This document shows, piece by piece, positions 18,513 through 28,883 of a stretch of 49,698 bases of DNA (positions are counted from its first letter, which is position 1; every line of letters begins with the position of its first letter). Source of the DNA: Oleiphilaceae bacterium (GTDB lineage Bacteria; Pseudomonadota; Gammaproteobacteria; Pseudomonadales; Oleiphilaceae). Where the stretch lies: contig JBFHRI010000001.1 in NCBI GenBank assembly GCA_041591755.1, forward strand, positions 1 to 49,698, given 5' to 3'. A model generated the notes under the pieces. It saw only the letters and a list, made by a program, of their open reading frames with translations, had not been told where the DNA came from and did no database searches. The translations under genes and the position numbers were made by a program.

Positions 18513-19109
18513 ATGCGAGCCGATCTCAAAGTGATTACGCCGTGGGTCGCGCCAAATAGCTCGGTGCTGGATTTGGGCTGTGGCGATGGTACCTTGCTGG
18601 CCTATTTGCAGGAGCACAAAGGGGTGCGCGGCTATGGCCTCGAAATCGGTGAAGAACAGATCACCGAGTGTATCCGAAAGGGTGTCAATGTGATCCAGCA
18701 GGACCTCGATGCCAAGGGCTTGCAGAACTTTGCCGACCAGCAGTTCGATACCGTGATTATGACTCAGGCCTTGCAGGCGGTGCGACGACCCGATGTCATG
18801 CTGGACGAGATGTTGCGCCTCGGACGTCAGGGGATCGTGACTTTTCCAAATTTTGGCCATTGGCGCTGCCGCTTCTACCTGATTTTGCGCGGTATGATGC
18901 CGATGTCGAAAACGCTACCCTATCGCTGGTATGATACGCCTAACATTCATCTCTGCACTTTCAAGGATTTTGAAGCCTTGTGCCGGGAGAAAAACATCCG
19001 CATTCTGAGTCGCGAAGTCGTCGATGCCGATTTCGAGCAAAGCAGCTTTGCGAGAATGTGGCCCAACCTGCTGGCGGAATTTGCCGTCTATCGGATCGGG
19101 AGGAAGTGA
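18513..19109 (+). CDS. metW: methionine biosynthesis protein MetW
   Basis: 198 aa from ATG 18513, with AGGAGG upstream. VLDLGCGDG methyltransferase-like motif. The longer ORF start at 18486 overlaps metX. Confidence 0.9.
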   Translation: MRADLKVITPWVAPNSSVLDLGCGDGTLLAYLQEHKGVRGYGLEIGEEQITECIRKGVNVIQQDLDAKGLQNFADQQFDTVIMTQALQAVRRPDVMLDEMLRLGRQGIVTFPNFGHWRCRFYLILRGMMPMSKTLPYRWYDTPNIHLCTFKDFEALCREKNIRILSREVVDADFEQSSFARMWPNLLAEFAVYRIGRK

Positions 19110-19111
19110 TC

Positions 19112-19561
19112 ATGCGTACCTTACTCATGCTCAGCCTTGCGCTGCTGTTCAGTGGTTTTGCAGCAGCCGAACAATTCAAGCAGTTCTCTACCGCACAAGG
19201 CGTTAAATACGACGTCCACTATAGCGCCTTTGTCAGTACCTTTTTGCAACCTGCCGTGGCCAAGCAATATGGTCTAACGCGCAGTCAGGCGATTGGGGTA
19301 CTCAATGTCAGCGTACTCAAACACCTCGCAGAAGGTAAAACCGAAGCAGTGGGTGCGGTGATTGAGGGCAAGGTGACGAACGACGTACAACAGAATACCT
19401 TCTTAGGTTTCCAGCAAATCATTGAAAACCCAGCGATTTATTATCTGGCGCAAACACAGTTTCGGGAGGGCGAGGTGCTGACCTTCAATCTCTCGGTGTA
19501 TCCAGAGGGCGTGCGTGAACCCTTTAACTTACGTTTCACGCATACCTTTTATAACGATTGA
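19112..19561 (+). CDS. secreted DUF4426-like protein
   Basis: 149 aa from ATG 19112, in frame within ORF 18980-19561. Signal peptide MRTLLMLSLALLFSGFAAA. Conserved position between metW and rdgB, as remembered for pseudomonads. Confidence 0.7.
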   Translation: MRTLLMLSLALLFSGFAAAEQFKQFSTAQGVKYDVHYSAFVSTFLQPAVAKQYGLTRSQAIGVLNVSVLKHLAEGKTEAVGAVIEGKVTNDVQQNTFLGFQQIIENPAIYYLAQTQFREGEVLTFNLSVYPEGVREPFNLRFTHTFYND

Positions 19562-19571
19562 GCACTGATCA

Positions 19572-20177
19572 TTGCAGCAAATAGTTCTCGCCAGCGGTAA
19601 TCAGGGTAAACTCGCAGAGTTGCAGGCCTTGCTCGCACATGCGGGCCTGCGCCTAAGTTCGCAAGTAGAATTAGGTCTGCAAGAAGCCGAAGAAACCGGT
19701 CTTACCTTTATCGAAAATGCCCTTTTGAAGGCGCGTTTTGCAGCCCAGCAATCCGGGTTGCCCGCGCTCGCTGACGATTCGGGCCTGGCGGTGGATGCCT
19801 TGGGTGGTGCGCCCGGCATTTACTCCGCGCGTTACGCTGGGCCTGAGGCGACTGATCAAAGCAATATTGAGTTGTTGCTACAGCGGATGCAGGGTGTTCC
19901 GGACGCAGAACGGACCGCCCAGTTTCATTGTGTACTGGTGTATATGCGTCATGCCACGGATCCAGTGCCTATTGTCTGCCATGGAGTTTGGCGTGGGCGC
20001 ATTCTGACTGAGCCGATGGGTAGCGGTGGCTTTGGCTACGACCCGGTTTTCTGGGTGCCGGAGCTCAATTGCGCAGCGGCGCAATTGAGTAAGGCTGAGA
20101 AAAATCAGGTCAGCCATCGGGGGCAGGCATTGGCGCAGCTACTGGCGCAATTGCAGCTCGCCAACAACGCGCTCTGA
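19572..20177 (+). CDS. rdgB: non-canonical purine NTP pyrophosphatase (RdgB/HAM1)
   Basis: 201 aa. [12 protein letters not shown]-terminus and FGYDPVF motif. TTG start. Confidence 0.9.
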   Translation: MQQIVLASGNQGKLAELQALLAHAGLRLSSQVELGLQEAEETGLTFIENALLKARFAAQQSGLPALADDSGLAVDALGGAPGIYSARYAGPEATDQSNIELLLQRMQGVPDAERTAQFHCVLVYMRHATDPVPIVCHGVWRGRILTEPMGSGGFGYDPVFWVPELNCAAAQLSKAEKNQVSHRGQALAQLLAQLQLANNAL

Positions 20178-21334
20178 TGACTTCAACCACGCCAGATTTA
20201 CCGCCGCTAAGTTTGTATGCACACGTGCCCTGGTGTGTGCGCAAGTGCCCTTATTGCGATTTCAATTCCCATGCCGGTGATCCACAAAATCTGCCTGAGG
20301 ATGCCTACCTGGCCGCGATCTTGAAGGATCTGCAAGGCGACGCGCCGTTGGCGCAGGGGCGCAAACTGCACAGTATTTTCTTTGGCGGCGGTACGCCCAG
20401 TTTGATGAGTCCGCGCTTCTATGAGCGCTTCCTGGCCGCAGCAGAACGGCAAATAGGCTTTGCTTCTGATATCGAAATCACGCTGGAAGCCAATCCCGGT
20501 ACGGCCGAATCCGAGCGCTTCAAAGGCTATCGCCGCGCGGGTATCAATCGTTTGTCGATGGGCGTGCAAAGCTTTTCTGACAGCAAGCTCAAAGCCCTTG
20601 GGCGCATTCACAGTGGCGGCGAAGCGGAACGGGCCTACAGCATGGCGCGAGACGCAGGATTCAGCAATATCAATCTGGATCTGATGCACGGTTTGCCCGA
20701 ACAGACTGAAGACGAAGCAGTGGATGATCTGAAGCGCGCCATTGCCCTGGGGCCGGAGCACTTGTCGTGGTATCAATTGACCATCGAACCGAATACCGAA
20801 TTCTACAGCCGCACACCGACACTGCCCGAAGATGAAACACTGTGGCAGATTCAGGATTCTGGCATGGCTTGCCTGGCAGACGCCGGCTATGCGCAATATG
20901 AGATTTCCGCATTCGCGCTCGCAGGCAAACAAGCTCGGCACAATTTGAACTATTGGCTGTTTGGCGACTATCTGGGCTTGGGCGCCGGTGCCCACGCTAA
21001 AATCACCTATCTGGAGGCGGGTCGTCGCAGTGTGACGCGTTATCGGAAAAGCCGCATGCCCGCTGACTACATGAAGCCGCGTGTTCACTATCGGATCTCC
21101 GAGGAAGAAGTGTCTGCAGCGGAGCTACCGCTGGAGTATTTAATGAATGTCCTGCGCCTGAATGCGGGCGTCAGCGCAGCGGATTTTGTCGCGGCGACCG
21201 ATCTATCACTCCAGGTACTCGAGCCGGCGCTCTCTAAACTCCGTCAAGACGGGTTGATGGATGCACTTAGAGTACAGGCTAGCCCCCAAGGGCGTTTATT
21301 TTTAAATGAGATACTCGCTCGCCTGTCGACCTAA
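20177..21334 (+). CDS. hemW: radical SAM heme chaperone HemW (HemN-like)
   Basis: 385 aa. CVRKCPYCDF radical SAM cluster motif and GGGTPS. The ATG overlaps the rdgB stop (TGATG). Confidence 0.9.
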   Translation: MTSTTPDLPPLSLYAHVPWCVRKCPYCDFNSHAGDPQNLPEDAYLAAILKDLQGDAPLAQGRKLHSIFFGGGTPSLMSPRFYERFLAAAERQIGFASDIEITLEANPGTAESERFKGYRRAGINRLSMGVQSFSDSKLKALGRIHSGGEAERAYSMARDAGFSNINLDLMHGLPEQTEDEAVDDLKRAIALGPEHLSWYQLTIEPNTEFYSRTPTLPEDETLWQIQDSGMACLADAGYAQYEISAFALAGKQARHNLNYWLFGDYLGLGAGAHAKITYLEAGRRSVTRYRKSRMPADYMKPRVHYRISEEEVSAAELPLEYLMNVLRLNAGVSAADFVAATDLSLQVLEPALSKLRQDGLMDALRVQASPQGRLFLNEILARLST

Positions 21335-21447
21335 GCGGCTCTTGGTCGAGATTGACTCGCTTGATTGACCGCGTAACCCGGTGCCGCTTATGCTGCGCCA
21401 AATTAGAGCGCACTCGAGCGCTGATGGCAGTCTGACTGGAGTCGTTC

Positions 21448-22476
21448 TTGTTAAACCTCAATCAATCACTCTATATCGACCTCGGCACGGCCAATACGCT
21501 GATCTACCAACAAGGTCATGGGCTCTTACTGAATGAGCCCTCGATGTTGGCCTCGCGTTGCTCGGCCAAGGGGAAGGGCAATGTGGTGGCGTTGGGCGCT
21601 GACGCAAAAAAGATGCTCGGCAAGACGCCGCAACAATTGCGGGTGTTTAAACCCCTGTGTCGAGGCGTGGTTGCCGACACCGATCGCAGTGCAGAAATGT
21701 TGCACGGCTTTGCTCGAAGGCTCAAAGCCGCCAGCTGGTGGCGACGACCGAAAGTGGTGATTTCTCTACCCTGTGTGGTGACTCAGCTCGAACGCGAAGC
21801 GGTGAGCGAGATTGGCCGCGCCATCGGCGCGCGCAAGGTTCAGCTGATCGAAGAGCCCATGGCGGCGGCTATTGGTGCTGGACTGCCGGTATTTGAGTCC
21901 ACGGCTAGCATGGTCGTCGACATTGGCGGCGGGACCACTGAAATCGCCGTTGTCTCCTGCGGAGGTATTGTTTACGCGCGGGCGGTGAGGGTAGGGGGTA
22001 ATGATATGGACCAGCGAATCATCACGTACTTGCGCGACAAATATCATTTTGTCATTGGCGAGCAAACGGCCGAACGTATTAAACAAACTTACGGCCGTGC
22101 TTACGTGCCGTACCTGACGGACCCCATTGAGCATTTCAAAGTAGCGGGTCGTGACTTACGAAGTGGCTTGCCGGTGACGCGCAGCATTCCCATAAGCGAT
22201 CTGGCCGAAGCGATAGAGGGTACGGTGGGCCAAATCGTGGAGTTAGCCAGGGCGGCATTACGTGAGATGCCGCCTGAAATCCTCAATGATATATACCGTC
22301 AGAGTATTGTTCTTGCCGGTGGTGGCGCCTTGCTCAAGCACCTGGCTGCGCGTTTGCAGAATGCGTTACAAACGCCGGTAAAAGTCTCTTCTGATCCATT
22401 GTTAACGACGGCATTAGGTGGCTTTCAGACCCTACAGAACGGTGAAATCCTGGAGCGCGTTGCGCTCCAGGTATAA
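21448..22476 (+). CDS. MreB/Mbl-family actin-like ATPase (divergent orphan paralog)
   Basis: 342 aa. IDLGTANTLIY, VVDIGGGTTEIAV, VRVGGNDMD and IVLAGGGALL motifs. TTG start with GGAG 7 nt upstream. No mreC or mreD nearby. Confidence 0.8.
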   Translation: MLNLNQSLYIDLGTANTLIYQQGHGLLLNEPSMLASRCSAKGKGNVVALGADAKKMLGKTPQQLRVFKPLCRGVVADTDRSAEMLHGFARRLKAASWWRRPKVVISLPCVVTQLEREAVSEIGRAIGARKVQLIEEPMAAAIGAGLPVFESTASMVVDIGGGTTEIAVVSCGGIVYARAVRVGGNDMDQRIITYLRDKYHFVIGEQTAERIKQTYGRAYVPYLTDPIEHFKVAGRDLRSGLPVTRSIPISDLAEAIEGTVGQIVELARAALREMPPEILNDIYRQSIVLAGGGALLKHLAARLQNALQTPVKVSSDPLLTTALGGFQTLQNGEILERVALQV

Positions 22477-22491
22477 GCCTGGGGTCAGGTT

Positions 22492-23781
22492 TCAGGCACT
22501 CGAGCTGGTTTGTAAGGCCGCTTTCATCGCAACCAGCGTCGCCGCGATCTCTGCATCGCCATGTGCCGCCGAAACGAAGCCGGCTTCGAAAGCTGAGGGC
22601 GCCAGATAGACGCCGTTTTCCAGCATGGCGTGGTAAAAGCGTTTGAAACGTTCGACGTCACAGGTCATCACGTCGGCAAAGGTGCTGACCTGTTTGGCTT
22701 CGGTAAAGAAGAAGCCGAACATGCTGCCCGCCTGATTGAACGCCATGGGCACGCCGGCCTCTCTAGCAGTGGCTTGCATGCCGTCCACCAATTTACGCGT
22801 TTGCGCCGCCATCTGTTCTTGGAAGCCCGGGGCTGAGACATGTTCGAGCATCGCTAAGCCCGCCGCCATCGCCAGCGGATTACCCGATAAGGTTCCCGCT
22901 TGATAAACCGCGCCGGCCGGCGCAATCGCATTCATGATTTCGCGTTTACCACCGAACGCACCGACCGGTAAACCGCCGCCGATGACTTTGCCCAAGGTCG
23001 TCAGGTCAGGCTTCACGCCATAACGTTCTTGCGCACCGCCCAATGCCACACGAAAGCCGGTCATGACCTCATCAAAAATCAGCACACTGTCATGTTCGTC
23101 ACAACACTCACGCAGCGTTTCCAGAAAGCCGGGGAGCGGTGGCACACAGTTCATGTTGCCGGCTACCGGTTCGACGATGATCGCGGCGATCTGATCGCCA
23201 ATATCTGCAAAGACCTTGCGTACTTGGGCGCTGTCGTTGTAGTTGAGGGTCAGGGTATCTTGCGCCACACCGGCCGGAACGCCCGGCGAGGAGGGCACGC
23301 CGAGGGTCAACGCGCCAGAGCCGGCTTTCACTAACAACGAGTCTGAGTGCCCGTGATAGCAGCCTTCGAACTTGACGATCATATCGCGCTGAGTATAACC
23401 ACGCGCCAAACGAATCGCGCTCATGGTGGCTTCGGTGCCAGAGCTGACCATTCGGACTTTCTCGATCGATGGCACCAGCTCACAGACTTTTTTGGCCATG
23501 CGGGTTTCGAGTTCAGTGGGGGCGCCAAATCCGAGGCCTTTGTCGAGCTGCGCACGTACCGCTTCGATCACCGCCGGATGGGAGTGACCCAGGATCATGG
23601 GGCCCCAGGAGCCGACGTAATCGATATAACGCTTTCCATCCGCGTCAATCAGGTAGGCGCCTTCACCGCGCTCAAAAAATAGCGGTGAGCCACCGACGCC
23701 TCGAAACGCCCGGACGGGTGAATTGACCCCGCCGGGGATCCATTTTTGTGCGTCAGAGAAAAGTTCTTCAGATCGGGTCAT
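22492..23781 (-). CDS. hemL: glutamate-1-semialdehyde 2,1-aminomutase
   Basis: 429 aa. [13 protein letters not shown]-terminus, FDEVMTGFR and a class-III aminotransferase pattern. Confidence 0.95.
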   Translation of the reverse strand: MTRSEELFSDAQKWIPGGVNSPVRAFRGVGGSPLFFERGEGAYLIDADGKRYIDYVGSWGPMILGHSHPAVIEAVRAQLDKGLGFGAPTELETRMAKKVCELVPSIEKVRMVSSGTEATMSAIRLARGYTQRDMIVKFEGCYHGHSDSLLVKAGSGALTLGVPSSPGVPAGVAQDTLTLNYNDSAQVRKVFADIGDQIAAIIVEPVAGNMNCVPPLPGFLETLRECCDEHDSVLIFDEVMTGFRVALGGAQERYGVKPDLTTLGKVIGGGLPVGAFGGKREIMNAIAPAGAVYQAGTLSGNPLAMAAGLAMLEHVSAPGFQEQMAAQTRKLVDGMQATAREAGVPMAFNQAGSMFGFFFTEAKQVSTFADVMTCDVERFKRFYHAMLENGVYLAPSAFEAGFVSAAHGDAEIAATLVAMKAALQTSSSA

Positions 23782-23814
23782 ATTGAGTCCTTGAAAAATT
23801 TAAGTCGTCGAAAG

Positions 23815-24486
23815 TTAATTCGGGTAGGCCGGCGGGGTGTGCTGCTGGGCCATTGTAACCAGCTGATGCGCCGTGTCCTTGATGTTCTTTTGTCCAAACA
23901 AACCATGAATCAGGGCGAGCATATCGGGCTGCAGGGCTAACAGCCCGGCCATATTGCTCAAATCAATGCCGCCGATGGCGACGGTGCGCAAACCAAGTTT
24001 TTTGGCCTGCGCCAGCACCTGTGGCGAGCAAGCCGGGGCGTCGGGCTTCGTCCTCGACGCAAAGAGCCTACCAAAGGCACAGTAGTCTGCGCCGACTGCC
24101 GTCGCCTGCTGGGCGTAGTTGAGGTCACTATGACAGGTCACCCCGAGTATGCGGTCCGGGCCCAAGGCCAAGCGTGCTTGCGCGACATCTCCATCACTGC
24201 GTCCGAGATGAACACCATGCGCATCGACCGCCAGACATAGCGCCACGTCGTCATTAATGATCAGGCACGCATCGTATTGCTCACACAAGGCGCGCAAACG
24301 CAGTGCATTGTCCAAGCGCTGTGCTGGGTGGGCCACTTTATCGCGGTATTGCAGCAAGCGAATCCCGCCCTGCAGCGCCTGCTCAACCGTTACGAGCAAA
24401 CGATCCTGGGGACAAAGCAAGGGATCGGTAATCGCATAAATACCGCAGAGCCGTGAGTGATGCCTATCCATGCTCAACGTGACCAT
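23815..24486 (-). CDS. thiE: thiamine phosphate synthase
   Basis: 223 aa. GIYAITD, LQYRDK and GGI motifs. The start could instead be the ATG at codon 6. Confidence 0.85.
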   Translation of the reverse strand: MVTLSMDRHHSRLCGIYAITDPLLCPQDRLLVTVEQALQGGIRLLQYRDKVAHPAQRLDNALRLRALCEQYDACLIINDDVALCLAVDAHGVHLGRSDGDVAQARLALGPDRILGVTCHSDLNYAQQATAVGADYCAFGRLFASRTKPDAPACSPQVLAQAKKLGLRTVAIGGIDLSNMAGLLALQPDMLALIHGLFGQKNIKDTAHQLVTMAQQHTPPAYPN

Positions 24487-24509
24487 GACTCATCAAAGTA
24501 AACTTCGCA

Positions 24510-24944
24510 TTAGAACGGTTTTACCACGGCCAGAATGACAATGGCCAACAATAACAAAACCGGAAACTCATTGAACCAACGATAGAAAACGTGGCTGCGC
24601 GAATTGTCGTCCCGCGCGAAGACCTTGACGAGATGGCCGCAATAGAAATGATAGATGAGCAGCATCGCCACACAGACGAGCTTGGCATGCAGCCAGCCGC
24701 TTTGCATCAACGCCGCACCCTGAACATGTAATAGTGCCAGACCCAGAACAACACTCAGAATCATGGAGGGGGTGCCAATACCCCGGTAAAGTTTGCGTTC
24801 CATCACCTTAAAGCGGGCGAGGCTGGTCTGGTCCTCACTCATGGCGTGGTACACGAAAAGTCGCGGTAGATAAAACAGCGCTGCGAACCAACACACCACG
24901 GCAATGAGGTGAAAGGCTTTAAACCAGAGGTAGTATTCTGCCAT
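24510..24944 (-). CDS. hemJ: protoporphyrinogen IX oxidase HemJ
   Basis: 144 aa, four TM segments. N-terminus YLWFKAFHLIAVVCWFAALFYLPRLFVYH is typical of HemJ (UPF0093). Confidence 0.8.
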   Translation of the reverse strand: MAEYYLWFKAFHLIAVVCWFAALFYLPRLFVYHAMSEDQTSLARFKVMERKLYRGIGTPSMILSVVLGLALLHVQGAALMQSGWLHAKLVCVAMLLIYHFYCGHLVKVFARDDNSRSHVFYRWFNEFPVLLLLAIVILAVVKPF

Positions 24945-24952
24945 ATGCGTCC

Positions 24953-26833
24953 TTAGAAACTGGGTCGTTGGTAATAGCTTTCAATATCGTCCCGCAGCAA
25001 CACGCCGAGAATGGTCGGCGCCGTTTCGCTGTGTGCGCGTTCGACGTAAAGTGCTTCGGTATGGGCCGCATTGAGCTGATCCAATGCCTCCAATAGCGTG
25101 GCTTGGAAGTGCAAAGGTGCCAGATCGCGTCGCTGCGCTGGGATGTCCAGCAGGTTTAGCAGGGAGGCTTCAGGTACTTCAGCAGCGCTGTTCACCAGGT
25201 CGTCGCTTTGCTCGTTGGCCTCGCCTGCTTGAGGTTCGGGTGTGTGCTCTTGGATACAGCGAGCTAAATCAACGGCTGGCAGTAATGACACTGGACGCCC
25301 GTCGGGATTGTTGATGAGTATCCACTTCGGTGCAGAGCGCAGTAGGTCAGCGGCTTGTTCCAGATCGATCACTTTGTCCGAGCGGACAATACGACGCTCC
25401 ATAATGGCGGCGACCCCGACCCGTTGCAAGGCCTGCGAGACTGGATTGCTCTGATAATCCAGTCCTTGCTGCTGCAAGATCGTTAGAAACACCGACTTTT
25501 GTTTGAACACTTGGCTGGCAATCATGCTGGAGACCACGATAATCAACATTCCGGGCAGAATGATATTGGTGTTTTGCGTCATTTCCACCATGGCCATCAA
25601 GGCGGATAAGGGCGCTTGCAACACAGAACCCATCATCGCGCCCATGCCAAGCATGGCATAGAAACCTGGCGAGGAGGCCAGAGAGGGCATCAGCCATTGC
25701 GCCAGCAAGCCCATACCGCATCCCAGGGTGGCGCCAATGAAAAAGGTCGGACCGACCAGGCCCATGGGCATGCCGAGTCCAACGGCGGTGGCCGTGACGA
25801 AAATCTTGGTGAGCGTAATAGCCAGTACCAAGCCCAGTCCGATTTGTCCCATCAGGGCGTGGTTGACCGTGTCATATCCGATGCCCATCACTTGTGGTAC
25901 AGCCCAGGCACCCGCTGCGGCGATGACCCCCGCCATCATCAGACGGTAAAAGATACTGATGTGACCGAAGCGCATCGCCTGTTTGAGAATATAGACGAAC
26001 AGGGCCGACGCGACCCCAATGACCAGGCCACACACTACAATGTAGGGTATTTCGATTAAGGAGTTGAGGTCGAGTGCGGGGACTAGAAACGCCGGCTCAC
26101 TGCCATACACGGCTTGCGTCACAATGGCCGCGGAAACTGCTGCCAGAATCACCGGCGTAAAGCCGGTGATCGTGTATTCCATCATCACCACTTCCATCGC
26201 AAAGATGACGCCGGCGATGGGCGTATTGAAAGAGGCGGAAATAGCGGCCGCAGTGCCACAGGAAACCAGGGTGCGAATACTGTTGTTGGGCAGTTTCATG
26301 TATTGGCCCAGCAGGCTGGAGCTGGCCGCGCCCAAATGTACGGCAGGGCCTTCACGTCCGCCTGATTGGCCGCTCACCAGGCTGATCACGCCGCCAAAGA
26401 ACTGGGTCATGAGGCTGCGTAAACCGATGTAGCCCTGGTGATAACTCAAGCGCTCCATGACCGCTGCGACGCCAACCTTACGTTGGCTAATATGCAATCG
26501 GTACCACACCACTCCCAATACGAACGCACCGGACAACGGAAGCATCACTCGCGCCAACTCGGACAAGCCCTCAAAGTTTTCTGGATCGCCCTCGGGCAAA
26601 AAGTATCCCAGGGGCCATTCGATAAATACCCGAAACAGGATAATGACGCCGGCGGTCAAAACCCCTGCGATGATGGCGAGTACGGACAGTTGCGGCAGTG
26701 CATCGAGTTCGGACAAGCGCTGCCGGAAAAGGACTTTGTATTGTCTGAAGCGAGCGGAGAGACGCATCGGCGGCGGGCATCCTGATTTGGTCAAAGCATG
26801 AGCACCCGCCCATTCTAGCCGCTTGCCTTGCAT
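24953..26833 (-). CDS. ClC-family chloride channel/transporter with C-terminal CBS region
   Basis: Selectivity-filter motifs GREGP (GGREGPAVHLG) and GLVGPTFFIG. Many TM helices and a soluble C-terminal domain. An alternative start at ATG 26767 gives 604 aa. Confidence 0.85.
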   Translation of the reverse strand: MQGKRLEWAGAHALTKSGCPPPMRLSARFRQYKVLFRQRLSELDALPQLSVLAIIAGVLTAGVIILFRVFIEWPLGYFLPEGDPENFEGLSELARVMLPLSGAFVLGVVWYRLHISQRKVGVAAVMERLSYHQGYIGLRSLMTQFFGGVISLVSGQSGGREGPAVHLGAASSSLLGQYMKLPNNSIRTLVSCGTAAAISASFNTPIAGVIFAMEVVMMEYTITGFTPVILAAVSAAIVTQAVYGSEPAFLVPALDLNSLIEIPYIVVCGLVIGVASALFVYILKQAMRFGHISIFYRLMMAGVIAAAGAWAVPQVMGIGYDTVNHALMGQIGLGLVLAITLTKIFVTATAVGLGMPMGLVGPTFFIGATLGCGMGLLAQWLMPSLASSPGFYAMLGMGAMMGSVLQAPLSALMAMVEMTQNTNIILPGMLIIVVSSMIASQVFKQKSVFLTILQQQGLDYQSNPVSQALQRVGVAAIMERRIVRSDKVIDLEQAADLLRSAPKWILINNPDGRPVSLLPAVDLARCIQEHTPEPQAGEANEQSDDLVNSAAEVPEASLLNLLDIPAQRRDLAPLHFQATLLEALDQLNAAHTEALYVERAHSETAPTILGVLLRDDIESYYQRPSF

Positions 26834-26937
26834 TGAAAAAGCGGCAAGCCGCCGAGCTGTCTGTTCTATCGCATTCTCGTGTTACAATGCGCGCCCTTTG
26901 CCATTTAATCTTTTTCATTCAGGACACGAGGTGAGAC

Positions 26938-27984
26938 ATGATCAAGGCAGGTATTGTGGGGGCAACCGGATATACCGGTTCTGAACTGTTGCGCATCTTG
27001 GCGCGTCATCCTGAGGTAAAGATCGAGGTGGTGACTTCGCGTGCCGAGGCCGGACTCCCAGTCGCCGAGATGTTCCCGCAACTACGTGGTTTCGTCGATA
27101 TTGCATTTAGCGAGCCCAACGTCGACACCTTAGCTGCCTGTGATGTGGTGTTTTTTGCCACGCCGCATGGCGTAGCACAGGCTCAGGTGCCTGCCTTGAT
27201 TGAGCGGGGCGTTCGCGTGATTGACTTATCGGCGGACTTTCGCATTCGTGATCAAGCCTTGTGGGAAAAATGGTACAAACAGGCACACGGGGCGCCACAA
27301 TTGATCGAGCGAGCGGTCTATGGTCTGCCGGAAGTCTATCGTGGGCAGATCCGCGAAGCACAGCTGATTGCCTGCCCAGGCTGCTATCCCACCGCGACGC
27401 AGTTGGGTTTCATTCCCCTGTTGGAGCAGGGTTTGGTGCACACTGACAACTTGATCGCTGATGCTAAATCGGGGGTTAGTGGCGCCGGTCGAACGGCCAG
27501 TATTGGCTCTCTGCTGGCCGAAGCTGCGGACAGCTTCAAAGCGTATGCAGTGTCGGGGCATCGTCATTTGCCAGAAATTCGGCAAGGGCTGAACGCCGCT
27601 GCCGGTGGCGCGGTGGGACTGACCTTCGTGCCACATTTGGTGCCAATGATTCGCGGCATCGAGGCGACCCTTTATGCCAGACTAAATGACAAGGGCCGCG
27701 CCCTGAGCCAGACCGATTTGCAGGCCGTGTTTGAACAACGTTATGCCGATGAGCCATTTGTGGATGTCATGCCTTGGGGTGCACTGCCGGAAACGCGCAG
27801 CGTTAAAGGAGCCAATCTGTGCCGTCTAGCGCTGCATCGCCAGCCGGATAGTGACATACTGATCGTCGTGTCGGTAATAGATAATCTGGTCAAGGGCGCT
27901 TCGGGCCAAGCGGTACAAAACATGAACCTGATGTTTGGACTGAATGAAACCGCAGGCCTTGATATCGTGCCTCTGGCGCCCTAA
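26938..27984 (+). CDS. argC: N-acetyl-gamma-glutamyl-phosphate reductase
   Basis: 348 aa. [10 protein letters not shown] Rossmann motif and PGCYPTA active-site cysteine. Confidence 0.95.
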   Translation: MIKAGIVGATGYTGSELLRILARHPEVKIEVVTSRAEAGLPVAEMFPQLRGFVDIAFSEPNVDTLAACDVVFFATPHGVAQAQVPALIERGVRVIDLSADFRIRDQALWEKWYKQAHGAPQLIERAVYGLPEVYRGQIREAQLIACPGCYPTATQLGFIPLLEQGLVHTDNLIADAKSGVSGAGRTASIGSLLAEAADSFKAYAVSGHRHLPEIRQGLNAAAGGAVGLTFVPHLVPMIRGIEATLYARLNDKGRALSQTDLQAVFEQRYADEPFVDVMPWGALPETRSVKGANLCRLALHRQPDSDILIVVSVIDNLVKGASGQAVQNMNLMFGLNETAGLDIVPLAP

Positions 27985-28042
27985 ATGAACCGGGGCACAG
28001 AGATGTTGCTAATAACGCGAGTTTTGCAGAGGGTCAGCGATC

Positions 28043-28780
28043 GTGCCGCGTCGCGCTGATGATCGTTTAGTGGTGGTGCGGCATCAGCCCGGCTTTCGTC
28101 GTCGCTGGTGGCTAACCATCATTGCGGTGGCGCTATCCGGCTTAGCGGCAGGCTACTGGCTGGCCCATTTGGGCGTGGGTTATCGGCATGCCTCACTGCA
28201 GGAGCAACTCAGCCGTTTGTCACAAGAGTACCGCGAACTGCAGCAGTCCGAATCGGCCTTGCGTCAGCAAGTGGCCACTTTGGAGAGCGGTCGCGCGATT
28301 GATGATTTGGCACGCCAGGAGATCAAAGCCACTATCCATAATCTGGAAGAAGTCATCGCCAAGCTACGCCAAGACGTGAGTTTCTATCGCAGCATTATGC
28401 TGCCTTCTGACAACGCACGAGGCCTGCAGATCCAGAATGTAACGCTTAAAAGTTTGCCGGAACCGCGGCGCGTGCAGTACAAATTTGTGTTGGCTCAACT
28501 GAGTGATGCCAAGGACACCTTGTCCGGTGTCATGGCGGTGAATCTAATCGGGCAGCGCGGCGAGGCACAGGAAGTGATCCCTCTGCGCGATGTGTCTGAG
28601 GTTAAGGAACTGGGTATTAAATTTGAGTTCAAATACTTCCAGGAGTTTGCCGGTGAGTTACTATTGCCGGAAGATTTCGTACCCGAGCGGCTGCAAGTGG
28701 TGGCGCAGTCCAAGGGGCGCTCTGCCTCGAGGGTCGAGCGCTCGTTCGACTGGCAGGACTTGATCGCCAAGCAATCCTAA
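28043..28780 (+). CDS. membrane-anchored coiled-coil protein of unknown function
   Basis: 245 aa, GTG start. One N-terminal TM segment (WWLTIIAVALSGLAAGYWLA), then a coiled-coil region (LQEQLSRLSQEYRELQQSESALRQQVATLE). It sits between argC and the bactofilin gene. Confidence 0.6.
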   Translation: MPRRADDRLVVVRHQPGFRRRWWLTIIAVALSGLAAGYWLAHLGVGYRHASLQEQLSRLSQEYRELQQSESALRQQVATLESGRAIDDLARQEIKATIHNLEEVIAKLRQDVSFYRSIMLPSDNARGLQIQNVTLKSLPEPRRVQYKFVLAQLSDAKDTLSGVMAVNLIGQRGEAQEVIPLRDVSEVKELGIKFEFKYFQEFAGELLLPEDFVPERLQVVAQSKGRSASRVERSFDWQDLIAKQS

Positions 28781-28883
28781 TGTCGTGAAGTTTTATTTCT
28801 GGCGATTGTACACTCGTGAACTGACAAGGGGCTGTATGAAAAAAAAGCGTACAGCCGCTTCCCAAAGACAGCAGGAGAAGATC

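Noticed and set aside
20207-21088. 293-aa ORF antisense to hemW. Similar long antisense ORFs occur at 11835-12473, 13166-13690, 36156-36674, 46707-47174 and 25616-26059.
   Set aside because: Each lies entirely within, and opposite to, a gene with strong family motifs. Their translations are Arg/Ala/Gly/His-rich with no motifs, which is typical of shadow ORFs in GC-rich coding DNA.
26818-26860. Weak hairpin (GCTTGCC/GGCAAGC) overlapping the upstream ATG of the ClC gene.
   Set aside because: The stem is only 7 bp with a 15-nt loop. It cannot decide between the 26833 and 26767 starts and is not strong enough to call a regulatory element.
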